Virus record (IMG/VR): IMGVR_UViG_3300008111_000023
Location: 12,183-76,182 of that record
Direction: 5' to 3' (one strand)
Source: a virus
Taxonomy: Duplodnaviria > Caudoviricetes
DNA: 64,000 nt
Position 1 is the first letter of the stretch; every line of letters begins with the position of its first letter. This document shows, one piece after another, positions 50,675-59,189 of this stretch. Made by a program: the position numbers and the translations under genes. A model generated the notes under the pieces. It was not told the origin of the DNA. It was given only the letters and a program-made list of their open reading frames with translations, and made no database searches.

Positions 50675-51122
50675 GACGCTCCTTAAGATACTGCTCGTGT
50701 TGAATCCATTCGTCGTTTACTAGAAATCCCCAATCACGTTTATGCGGACCGGGCATGAATAATGTCCATGCAGTTATGCCAGGCTTAAGCTCAACACGAT
50801 GATAAGAATTAGGGCTACATATACGAAAATGGCCGGGTCCTCTCCATTTACGTACTTCACCTGATTTACTACCGTCTGCGTTAAATTCCGGAATCCATTC
50901 ATAATATCCACCTTTCAAAATTAATGTTGCATAAGGCCAAGGATGATCATGTACATCATCTGGATCGCCTTTTAGGAATTTATGTAAAAATACATTAAAG
51001 GGAAACCGTGTTCTGTCTTTTAAGAAAACATAATATCTTTCTAGATAAGGCTCGTCATTAACACGATCCATAATAATACGTTTACGTCCAATGCGTTCTA
51101 AAAAATTAAGAAATGCTTTCAT
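50661..51122 (-). CDS. Cupin-fold protein
   Basis: HDHPW...LKGGYYE...HRVEL metal-binding cupin motifs; start MKAFL with GGAG/AAGG RBS. Confidence 0.7.
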   Translation of the reverse strand: MKAFLNFLERIGRKRIIMDRVNDEPYLERYYVFLKDRTRFPFNVFLHKFLKGDPDDVHDHPWPYATLILKGGYYEWIPEFNADGSKSGEVRKWRGPGHFRICSPNSYHRVELKPGITAWTLFMPGPHKRDWGFLVNDEWIQHEQYLKERHGKT

Positions 51123-51346
51123 TCTACACCTTCTCCAAACCAATCATCTACCATACGTTCTGCTTCGTTTTGTGTGAGAGCAGGCACAAAGATTCTAGCA
51201 AGTTGTCCAACAGTATGTTGAATATTAAATCGAATAATACCTGGAGGAATAAGATCGTAATCTCTTTCAACTACGAATTCCTGCATATTTTTTGCACGAT
51301 TAATTAATTCATTAGCCATTACGGCTGCTGTTAGACTTGGGTTCAT
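51119..51346 (-). CDS. Hypothetical protein
   Basis: 75 aa with ATGA coupling on both sides. Confidence 0.65.
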   Translation of the reverse strand: MNPSLTAAVMANELINRAKNMQEFVVERDYDLIPPGIIRFNIQHTVGQLARIFVPALTQNEAERMVDDWFGEGVE

Positions 51347-52004
51347 CTTGGGGCAAACTCCTGTTGTAGTTTAATGTTATCAAAAAACTCTTTCTTTGTG
51401 TGTGGATCATCCTTAAACGATCCACGAAGCACGGTAGTTTGTGTTAGACTAGAGTGTGCCATAATTCCACGATTCTCACAGCATCCATGTGTGGCTTGAA
51501 TGTAGACTGCCACGTTCTCTGAGTCGGTAGCTTTAGAAATTTCTCTAGCAATGTCATTACACAATTCTTCTTGCAGAGTACCACGTCTAGCACACCATTG
51601 TGCTATTCTTGTGTACTTTGACAAGCCAATGAGTTTTTGTGCGGCAATGATACCGATATACGCGACGCCAGCCACAGGCTGGTGATGGTGACTGCACATG
51701 CTACGAAGCTCACTACGCACAACCAACATACCCTCATATCTAGCCTACGTGCTGTGCCTTTTGAGTTGGGATCATTTTCACGATCAATTAACAATGCATC
51801 TAACACTTGTTCAAATGCTGGGGTTGCTTCGTCGATTAATTTTTCTAAATCACCTTCGTGCAGATAATCACTAATGTTGTCGCCTGCCCAGAAACGTTTG
51901 CCTTCACGTTTCATCTTAAAGCGAATGTGATCGCCTAAGTATGCTTCTTTATATCCGCCATCGCCTGCCATTGCGTCCAGGCCTGTTTCTTTTTTATCTG
52001 TCAA
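51343..52004 (-). pseudogene. folE: GTP cyclohydrolase I (FolE) disrupted by an internal deletion and frameshift near 51740
   Basis: The N-half (...DPNSKGTARRL) and the C-half (YEGMLVVR...SMCSHHH...GLSKYTR...QEEL...HGCCENRG) are in different frames. The conserved AKMY..E...G......P....F segment between them is missing. Confidence 0.85.
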
Positions 52005-52045
52005 TTATAATTCTCCGAGTTTATGTCGTGGATGACACGTTATAG

Positions 52046-53122
52046 TTATTTTAACATCTCTAATAGTTTATTACAACTAAAGAAATGTTCTTTTAATGAT
52101 TCTACCTGTTTATTTAGGCTAGGCAGTCGAGTTCTATAAAATTCCATAGTTTCAATAATTCTATGGCATAGTTCTGGACGATTGGCCTCATAGGCAGCAT
52201 AGTTTTCAGTCCATGCGCTAGGGTATTTGAATGTATCAAACGCCATTTCACTATAGCTTAATCTATCAGGTACCATAGGAATTGCGTCTACTAACGCACC
52301 TTCATACCAACTGATGCCCAGTGTTTCTTGTAAGTTAGCACTAAACACTAGTTTTGCTTCACCTAATAAATTATGATATTCGTTTTTTGTTAAGTATTGA
52401 TCTTGACAAACAACAAATTCATATTGCGGTAATTGATGCTTTAAGTCTCGAAAGATTTCAACTTGTTTTTCTGGAGCGATGCGATGCGGGAACAGGATAA
52501 GATCACGCTTGGGCATGTTCTTGTACATGAGCAGAGTATCAGACATATACTCCATGGGCCAACCGCTACGCACAATTTTACCTTCATTGATAAATTCCTG
52601 CTTTGTATCTTCTAGTGTATCATCTAAAAGATTACGACAGAACATATCAATATGAAAATCAGTAGCAAAGTAATTGTGATCAATCGCCGCAAAGAAACTT
52701 TTCTCGGCATGTCGTACCCACGGAGCATCTCCAATAAGACGACCTAAAAAGTCTTGCGGATCATAAGATCCAGCATGCCATAGTGCGTGAATCTTTACAG
52801 GAATCTGTAATAATTCACTCATGTACTTTAAATTTATGATACCAGGATGCCAAGCATCAGTAAAGATAAAGTGGTCTCCGGAATTAACAGCACCGGAGCA
52901 GAACAAACGACCCATCTGCTCAACCTGACTAGCCTTGTATATATTGGTACCACCAAAATTAAGAAAGGCGCCAGGAGTAGTGGCAGTAGGAATGTCCGTA
53001 GGACCAGAGATAATTTGAACATGATGTCCTTCTTTTTTTAACAGGGCAGGTACATGAGTCTTCCATTGACCTGTGTACCTAGTCTCAACTGCTTCTAGAT
53101 CAACGAGAAAAATTCTGCTCAT
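52046..53122 (-). CDS. GT-B-fold (GT4-like) glycosyltransferase
   Basis: ILFPHRIAPEKQVEIF, YHNLL..AKLVFS.NLQETLGISWYEG...DAIPMVPDRLSYSEM (Ex7E motif). Confidence 0.8.
   Translation of the reverse strand: MSRIFLVDLEAVETRYTGQWKTHVPALLKKEGHHVQIISGPTDIPTATTPGAFLNFGGTNIYKASQVEQMGRLFCSGAVNSGDHFIFTDAWHPGIINLKYMSELLQIPVKIHALWHAGSYDPQDFLGRLIGDAPWVRHAEKSFFAAIDHNYFATDFHIDMFCRNLLDDTLEDTKQEFINEGKIVRSGWPMEYMSDTLLMYKNMPKRDLILFPHRIAPEKQVEIFRDLKHQLPQYEFVVCQDQYLTKNEYHNLLGEAKLVFSANLQETLGISWYEGALVDAIPMVPDRLSYSEMAFDTFKYPSAWTENYAAYEANRPELCHRIIETMEFYRTRLPSLNKQVESLKEHFFSCNKLLEMLK
52048..52076 (-). promoter_or_regulatory. Putative sigma70 promoter for folE
   Basis: TTGTAA-N17-TAAAAT with extended -10 TG, lying at the 3' end of the GT-B gene. 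Confidence 0.4.
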
Positions 53123-53357
53123 TGCGTCTGCCGTTATTGTCCCAACGTGGTTTATTGCCTAAGTATGGGCGTCGAGCAGGACGCTTACTTGACAAGTATG
53201 CTTGATATGTTGCAGAATCTCTGCGATACATATCGGCGGGGTTAAAAGGTTGCAGTTCCAATCTGCACCAATCTAGATATGCATCTAGGTCGTCAAAGAT
53301 CCGAACAACGTCGGGGCGATTTTCGAAATAGGAATAATCCTTGTAATTCTTAGCCAT
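53100..53357 (-). CDS. Hypothetical protein
   Basis: 85 aa, GAGG RBS, IFDDLDAYLDWCR. Confidence 0.7.
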   Translation of the reverse strand: MAKNYKDYSYFENRPDVVRIFDDLDAYLDWCRLELQPFNPADMYRRDSATYQAYLSSKRPARRPYLGNKPRWDNNGRRNEQNFSR

Positions 53358-53368
53358 AATAGCCTCTT

Positions 53369-53758
53369 TTAATATTTAATAAATGAACCATTTTCTCCGT
53401 CTTCGGAGACCTCAATCCAAACCTCACGGTTGGGATACCTTTGTGAGATAGCGTCATACAAATCGCCTGACATCATCTCGCAACTCTTAAAGTCTAAACT
53501 AAGTGTAGCATCTTTATAAAGATTTAGCAACCAACGTTTAAACTGAATAAACTCAATATCGCGATCATCGTGTGTAACACCAATCCAAACTTTAAAGTGG
53601 AAAATGTGACGATGTGGATAGCCTAGAAAACTCACATCATACTCATCACCTGTAGCAAGTGCTGGATCTGTAAGTGCAGCCGGGTACTTGTGCATACCTT
53701 CTTTCTGAAAGGTGACCCAAATCATTTTGTTAGGACGGATGTCTTGTCGAATAATCAT
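53369..53758 (-). CDS. QueD/PTPS-fold paralogue, DpdL-like
   Basis: T-fold layout EGMH...LGYPHRHIFH...DRDIEF...SCEMM...VSEDGENG. It lacks QueD's CxxxHGH and has LxxxHRHxF instead. Confidence 0.7.
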   Translation of the reverse strand: MIIRQDIRPNKMIWVTFQKEGMHKYPAALTDPALATGDEYDVSFLGYPHRHIFHFKVWIGVTHDDRDIEFIQFKRWLLNLYKDATLSLDFKSCEMMSGDLYDAISQRYPNREVWIEVSEDGENGSFIKY

Positions 53759-53982
53759 ACTGCTAATAGTCCTTTAGCAAATGCTTGAATTTCTTCTCTA
53801 CTCATATGAAAATTATAAGTGCTGGTAAAATCAACGTCACCTTTGTCGTTAAGGCATTCTTGAATAACATCAAGGGCTAACAGACCTGTTGGACTTACAG
53901 CTTCCCAAGATTCTACACGCACTCTAAATGCTTTGTCTTCTTTGACTGTGAATTTTTTTATGTTTAAACTTTCATGTCTCAT
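53755..53982 (-). CDS. Hypothetical protein
   Basis: 75 aa, ATGA-coupled. Confidence 0.65.
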   Translation of the reverse strand: MRHESLNIKKFTVKEDKAFRVRVESWEAVSPTGLLALDVIQECLNDKGDVDFTSTYNFHMSREEIQAFAKGLLAV

Positions 53983-54362
53983 CGTAATTGCTCCATCGTG
54001 ATAATCTTACTTAATTCTTCACCTAGATCTTTGTCTTCAGTAATTACATGCAGACTGTGACGATTGTCATCGTTTTTACGATCATACTTGGTTGTTTCAA
54101 CAATAGTGCCACCGCTTGCACCGTATATATGCAATCGAAATCCTTGTGATTGGATATTTGGTCCCTCACAGTCCTCTGCATATACGAGCTCAGTTTCATT
54201 GTCATCCTTCATTAACCAGTTTCGGATGCGTTCTCTAATTGATAATTTCATAGTTCTAGTTTCTACTGTTTGTATTGATCTTGCACGTTTGATTTGATTA
54301 GCACCTGTAATCCTAGGAATCGCCCTTGAACGTATAGTTGCTGTTGCATATCCACCACTCAT
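53979..54362 (-). CDS. Hypothetical protein
   Basis: 127 aa, ATGA-coupled. Confidence 0.7.
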   Translation of the reverse strand: MSGGYATATIRSRAIPRITGANQIKRARSIQTVETRTMKLSIRERIRNWLMKDDNETELVYAEDCEGPNIQSQGFRLHIYGASGGTIVETTKYDRKNDDNRHSLHVITEDKDLGEELSKIITMEQLR

Positions 54363-54892
54363 TTAATAATCTCATCTTTACCATATTGATCCCAACTAGT
54401 AAACTTATTTCTATCTAGTAGGTCGTGGAGGTTATGGCACCACACTCCAGGATTAGTTGCCTTAAAATCTTTGTCGTCTATCTTTATTGTAGCATTATAT
54501 CCTAGCTGTTGTAAATAGGGCAGTTTTACCGAAAGCTGTGGAATAAACTGACGTTTCTCTATAAGACCGCTTTCTAATAGGCCTTCTACCTGTGCTACAT
54601 CTAAATCTAGAGTACACCAAAAGTCATCACCGCTATCTAGACAAACATAAATCATGTCTTCCCATAGACGCCATTGTTCAGCATCATTGACAGCTAATTT
54701 AGGAAAACTTTGATTAGCACCAAAGTAAATGTGCTTGCAGTTATGATTTCGAGCAAGCTCAATGATAACGTAGGGATCATGCACATCTACTACAAATAGA
54801 GTTTTCATTCCGTAGGCAGGAGTCTTTTCGATCTCTACGCCTGTAAAGAAAGTAATACTATCACTAACGCCTGTGTCGTAATTTCTTTTCAT
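54359..54892 (-). CDS. Hypothetical protein (possibly a partial TIM-barrel-like fold)
   Basis: 177 aa; FFTGVEIEKTPAYGMKTLFV, HIYFGANQSF, KIDDKDFKATNPGVWCH. Confidence 0.75.
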   Translation of the reverse strand: MKRNYDTGVSDSITFFTGVEIEKTPAYGMKTLFVVDVHDPYVIIELARNHNCKHIYFGANQSFPKLAVNDAEQWRLWEDMIYVCLDSGDDFWCTLDLDVAQVEGLLESGLIEKRQFIPQLSVKLPYLQQLGYNATIKIDDKDFKATNPGVWCHNLHDLLDRNKFTSWDQYGKDEIIK

Positions 54893-55035
54893 TTTTTAAA
54901 TAAATTTTTAATGGATTGAATTAAATTATAAAATCTAAAGTGATAGTCTGTCAACATAGGCTGGCGATGCGGACATCGTCCTTGTTGCCAATCGCAAATA
55001 GGTTGTATATCTTGCTTGCAGATTTCGCATTTCAT
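54889..55035 (-). CDS. 48-aa Cys/His-rich microprotein (absent from the ORF track)
   Basis: Manual translation MKCEICKQDIQPICDWQQGRCPHRQPMLTDYHFRFYNLIQSIKNLFKK*. It fills the gap and has an ATGA overlap with the downstream gene. Confidence 0.65.
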   Translation of the reverse strand: MKCEICKQDIQPICDWQQGRCPHRQPMLTDYHFRFYNLIQSIKNLFKK

Positions 55036-55047
55036 CTGATAGTCTCT

Positions 55048-56088
55048 TTAAAAAGGCCACGTTCCTTTGGATTTTGTATCTAAAGGTGCTTCAAATTCTT
55101 GTTTAAGTTCGTCTAGTGCTCTAACCAGTTCTTCTTCTGCAATGTCTGCAGATTGTTCAATAATTTTATCTAACTCAATTACAGGATTCCATTCACTATA
55201 CGTATCCGGATCAACAGCAATGCCTCGCCATTCTTTGATTTTTAATTCCTCAGTTTCGGGAATATCCTCATTCCAACTGCCAATCCAGCGTGTACCAGTC
55301 CATTTGGCTTGATGTTGATAGCTGCTTTTACCTAGAGTTTTGATATCATAGATGCCTTCCATGACCGGCTTAATCTTTTTAGGAAACCATTCAGTCATCG
55401 GATATGTGATGTCATCCATATTTTTATAACGTTCCCACTTGCCTGTTGTTGCTTGAGAACCTGCAATATAAAAACCAAAGTCTGAACTTTTGCCGTTAGT
55501 ATTAGCCCCCCAGTTCTCAATCTCTTCTCCGTCGTACTCCACTGATGACACAACTTCACTTCCGTCGATATCATCGTAGCATATAACTAATTTTTCTTGA
55601 TCAAATGGCTGTTTAAGTTCAATCTCACCTTCGAAGAAAGTACCTTTCTCACCGCTAGTACCAACGAACACTACGGTGCCTGCAGGTTTTTCATCAATCC
55701 ATACTTCGTCGCCACAACTTGATCCAATATCGCAACCGTCGATTGATTCTAAACTACGCTCGATAATAGTTTCGCCAGCTTCATCTTCAATTTGAAGGGT
55801 TCCTGAATTACGATCTACACCATGCACATGACCCATGTCATCGCACTCGTACCACGAACCCGGAGGAAAAGGCCACATATCTTCGGGGATGTTATTTTCT
55901 TCTGCATAATCATGATCCCATGCAAAGTCGCTTAGATCAAGTCTGCGATGTTTGAAGTAGTCGTAAATTTTGCGATCTACAGTGCCCATAACATATTCAC
56001 CACCATAGCCCCACAATGTAATTTTGTAGGTACACGGAGTGAACTTTAGAATCTCCATTAGTTCTTGTTTTTGTTTTTTAGTAGCCAT
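55048..56088 (-). CDS. Hypothetical acidic protein
   Basis: 346 aa, GGAGG RBS, TAATG coupling. Confidence 0.75.
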   Translation of the reverse strand: MATKKQKQELMEILKFTPCTYKITLWGYGGEYVMGTVDRKIYDYFKHRRLDLSDFAWDHDYAEENNIPEDMWPFPPGSWYECDDMGHVHGVDRNSGTLQIEDEAGETIIERSLESIDGCDIGSSCGDEVWIDEKPAGTVVFVGTSGEKGTFFEGEIELKQPFDQEKLVICYDDIDGSEVVSSVEYDGEEIENWGANTNGKSSDFGFYIAGSQATTGKWERYKNMDDITYPMTEWFPKKIKPVMEGIYDIKTLGKSSYQHQAKWTGTRWIGSWNEDIPETEELKIKEWRGIAVDPDTYSEWNPVIELDKIIEQSADIAEEELVRALDELKQEFEAPLDTKSKGTWPF

Positions 56089-56519
56089 TATTCCTCCAAT
56101 CCTGATGATTTCATTTCTTGAGCACGTTTACGTTCTTGGTGTTCTTCTTCATGCTTGTCACATAGTGTACGAATCCAACCACCATTTCGACTTTTTCCTG
56201 GTGCGCCACATTCTTCACAACTGGCATCTGCCCAAGCTTCTGCCATACGTACCATACCGCTAATCTCGTCATCGCCGCCATCGTAGTAGAACCTTAGCCC
56301 ACCAAACTTTTCTTTAATCTGTGATACTGTGACCTGTTGAACAGGATTACCTTGTTTTTCTTTCCAATCAAGATGATGTTGAATATTGCTACACAAGATT
56401 TCAAGGATTGGATACCAACCTGCACCTACTGCAAAGCCGCCGTACTTTCCCTCAAACATTTTTGGAAAACGTTCTTCCATTTTTTTTGCAAATAGTTCGT
56501 ATTCTTCGCTCATTACCAC
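56088..56519 (-). CDS. Hypothetical phage protein with C-terminal Zn-ribbon
   Basis: GWY...QIKEKFGGLRFY...CEECG.PG.....GWIRTLCDKH. Confidence 0.75.
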   Translation of the reverse strand: MVMSEEYELFAKKMEERFPKMFEGKYGGFAVGAGWYPILEILCSNIQHHLDWKEKQGNPVQQVTVSQIKEKFGGLRFYYDGGDDEISGMVRMAEAWADASCEECGAPGKSRNGGWIRTLCDKHEEEHQERKRAQEMKSSGLEE

Positions 56520-56704
56520 GTCTCCACACCAGATACTTCAACTTTAACAATAGCAGGATAGTCTGCTATTTCTGTATCGTAAGACAACGTTAAAATACTG
56601 CCAATGCCCGAACTGACATTTTGTTCGAGCGTAAAATACTCTACACCAGCAGATTCACAGATTGTTTTAATCTTGTCTAATTCAAATACGTTTAGCCGAA
56701 CCAT
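56513..56704 (-). CDS. Hypothetical protein
   Basis: 63-aa ORF in the operon-like array. Confidence 0.6.
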   Translation of the reverse strand: MVRLNVFELDKIKTICESAGVEYFTLEQNVSSGIGSILTLSYDTEIADYPAIVKVEVSGVETW

Positions 56705-56705
56705 A

Positions 56706-56891
56706 TTATGCCTGTGTATGAAGTTGTTGCTTATGCTTTAGTATAGCAATTTTATCCTTTAAGAGCAACCTTTCTTTCTTCAATTTCTCAAGTTTTAGGT
56801 CTTCAAACAGCCCCGTTCTTTCCAAAGTGTCGACTTGTTTGTCCAAAGACTTGTGAGCATCTTCTAAGTGTTTGATTCGTTGTTCGTACAT
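56706..56891 (-). CDS. DUF465/YdcH-like coiled-coil protein
   Basis: Start MYEQR with GAGG RBS; L...H..LD..V.......LKKERLLLKDKI pattern. Confidence 0.7.
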   Translation of the reverse strand: MYEQRIKHLEDAHKSLDKQVDTLERTGLFEDLKLEKLKKERLLLKDKIAILKHKQQLHTQA

Positions 56892-56892
56892 A

Positions 56893-57297
56893 TTAAACTT
56901 CCTCAAATAGATCACTAAACATTCTATTAGTATATGAATACCGTTTCTTGTTATCACCAAATGCTTTGGTTTTCTTTTGGTGACAATTTGCACAAAGCAC
57001 TTTGAGATTGGCTTCGCTCGTATTCAATTTGTCGCCGTCGTGGTGATCGATAGTTAAACTAGTGTTAAGAGGATCGCGGCAAATCCATCCTAGATATCCA
57101 GAACGATTTTCACAACCTTTGGATAACAACCACTCGTCAACTTCAAACCTCAATACAGTACGATGTACTTCGCAAAAAGTTTTCCATTTCCAAGTGGGTG
57201 ACCCATCTTTCTTAACATAGCCCTTATGGTAGCCTACCTGTGTTGTACAGCAGGGAAGGCTACACTTAGGAGCATGATTTCGAGACAAAGATCTCAT
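56893..57297 (-). CDS. HNH endonuclease (free-standing)
   Basis: LTIDHHDGDKLN.SEANLKVLCANCHQKKT; N-terminal Cys-rich region. Confidence 0.85.
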   Translation of the reverse strand: MRSLSRNHAPKCSLPCCTTQVGYHKGYVKKDGSPTWKWKTFCEVHRTVLRFEVDEWLLSKGCENRSGYLGWICRDPLNTSLTIDHHDGDKLNTSEANLKVLCANCHQKKTKAFGDNKKRYSYTNRMFSDLFEEV

Positions 57298-58826
57298 CTA
57301 GCTGCCTGTTCTAGAAACTCATGTTCTAATTCTTCAAGTGCATGTTCATCAAGTTCGGGCATAGCTGATACCTGATTAACACTCTTGTCTAACACAACAT
57401 CGTCATGATCGAATAGATTGCTAAATGTGTTGTTGGCATTTCCACCACGTAGACGCATACCCATCATGTTGTTTAACATAGGCTTTGCATCTTCAATCAT
57501 CTGCATAGGAGTTTCGCTCTTAAACAGTTCCTCAACAAAACGATCAAAGTAAAGAATATTGCGAGGAACCCACTCACTGTACTCGTCACTCATATCCCCA
57601 CCCTTGACTTTCTTCCACAATCTCCAGTCTGGCTGTGCCTTATGACGCTCAATGTCCATAAGCGAGTTAGCACGTTGAACAGCAGTGATATGACAATAGG
57701 TATTATGTGCCATCATTAGCGCATAACCGAAGCTATCCCACGCTGTCTTGCCTTCTTTGCCAATCTTATTCAGCATACCGGGTTTGTACCAGCAGATGTC
57801 GCCTATTGATAGCCTACGTCCGATTTCACTTTCAAAGGGGAAGGGTATGTCAAAAGCCTGGCTAATGGCTTTGTTGTCTGGTGCTTTGTCCATGATGACT
57901 GACCAACGTTTGTTTGTGTGTTGGGCATTGGTGTAGACAAGTCCATGGGCTGTTGCAATGAAGGGTGATGCGCAGTCAAAAGAAATGGTAAAGTTTTCAT
58001 TTATGTGTTTACGTACCTGTCGTTGAATTGAAGTTAGATAACATGACCAGTCTAATTGAGCAGTGCCCAAGAAGTGCATCCAGTTTCTGTCATCTAGCAG
58101 CTTATCATCACGAAGAATGATAAGTCTCTTGAGTGCAACTTCCATGTCGCACATATTCTTTCCACCCATTGCCCAACCTTCTGTTGGCAAGTGTTTAACG
58201 GCATTATACCAAGCTTCGGCAGTTTCCCAGTCGCTGCCTTGCAGTACATTTAAAAACTTAGTTTGACCTAGTCTGTTATCTAGAAAATACTTGTTGTTAT
58301 GCAGAGTTTTATCTAGACAATCTTGAAAACTCTTTAGCCCAGTCTTTGGACTATGAATATGATCACATGCCCAAGTAGGAACATCTAATAACATTGACCA
58401 ATCAGCAGTTAGTTCTAACCAATTTAGAATATTGTCTCTAGTTTTGTTAGCACTAGGTCCTTCAAAGTTTAACCAATCAAATTTAAGAACACCCTTACCA
58501 ATCTGGTATCCACCTGAGTCGCCTACAATTACAGTATTTTTACGATCACGAACTTGAATCATGCTATCTTGAATCATGGTCTTTTCGAGATCTAATTGTG
58601 CGTGGCCCGCTGAATACAAACCATACTTATAGGTAAAGTATCCTTCATCAGCATTCAAGAAGTTCATGCCTTCGATGCCTCGATCAAATCCTGCTGGAAT
58701 ACGATCCTTAGGAACAAATTCTTCTACACGTTGTTTTGCAACATACGTACTGTAAAAACTACTGATCGCTGGCAAATAGACTGCGTAGTCTTTTTGCCCT
58801 GGCGATAGATTAACTGGTGGTCTCAT
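57294..58826 (-). CDS. dpdA: DpdA/TGT-family 7-deazaguanine transglycosylase
   Basis: TGT core motifs in order: VGDSGGYQ, LLDVP, VLQG, GWAMGG, MHFLG, SFDCASP, HN. Genomic context includes queE, folE and a queD paralogue. Confidence 0.75.
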   Translation of the reverse strand: MRPPVNLSPGQKDYAVYLPAISSFYSTYVAKQRVEEFVPKDRIPAGFDRGIEGMNFLNADEGYFTYKYGLYSAGHAQLDLEKTMIQDSMIQVRDRKNTVIVGDSGGYQIGKGVLKFDWLNFEGPSANKTRDNILNWLELTADWSMLLDVPTWACDHIHSPKTGLKSFQDCLDKTLHNNKYFLDNRLGQTKFLNVLQGSDWETAEAWYNAVKHLPTEGWAMGGKNMCDMEVALKRLIILRDDKLLDDRNWMHFLGTAQLDWSCYLTSIQRQVRKHINENFTISFDCASPFIATAHGLVYTNAQHTNKRWSVIMDKAPDNKAISQAFDIPFPFESEIGRRLSIGDICWYKPGMLNKIGKEGKTAWDSFGYALMMAHNTYCHITAVQRANSLMDIERHKAQPDWRLWKKVKGGDMSDEYSEWVPRNILYFDRFVEELFKSETPMQMIEDAKPMLNNMMGMRLRGGNANNTFSNLFDHDDVVLDKSVNQVSAMPELDEHALEELEHEFLEQAAR

Positions 58827-59187
58827 TAATATCCTTTGCTAAATGTGTTGTAATTGCCAATTGTTGTTTTGCCTGTTCTAGGTTGTCTAATGCTATTTTA
58901 ACAGCTTCTGACGTTGCTGCCAAGTTTTGCCACTCCAATTCCTCGTCACGTTTCTTACGTGCCCACTGTACTGTGTCTAACGTATCTTGATCTAGGCTTA
59001 CAGTGGCATAACTGGTACTAAGCATTTGCCAAGTGTTGTTGTTAAACACTTCCATGTCTGTACCGTTAATACGTAGCATACCCTGCATGGGATTACTCAT
59101 ATTGCCATTACTCATTTGAACATAGGGCATTGAAGTACTCCCACCTGATACTGTTATACCTGTAATACCCTGTAGACCTTTAATCAT
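58810..59187 (-). CDS. Hypothetical protein
   Basis: 125 aa between the clamp gene and dpdA. Confidence 0.7.
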   Translation of the reverse strand: MIKGLQGITGITVSGGSTSMPYVQMSNGNMSNPMQGMLRINGTDMEVFNNNTWQMLSTSYATVSLDQDTLDTVQWARKKRDEELEWQNLAATSEAVKIALDNLEQAKQQLAITTHLAKDINETTS

Positions 59188-59189
59188 AT

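Noticed and set aside
51603-52004. Programmed ribosomal frameshift or intron as the explanation for split folE
   Set aside because: There is no slippery heptamer at the junction, and sequence is missing rather than added, so reframing alone could not restore the absent conserved segment.
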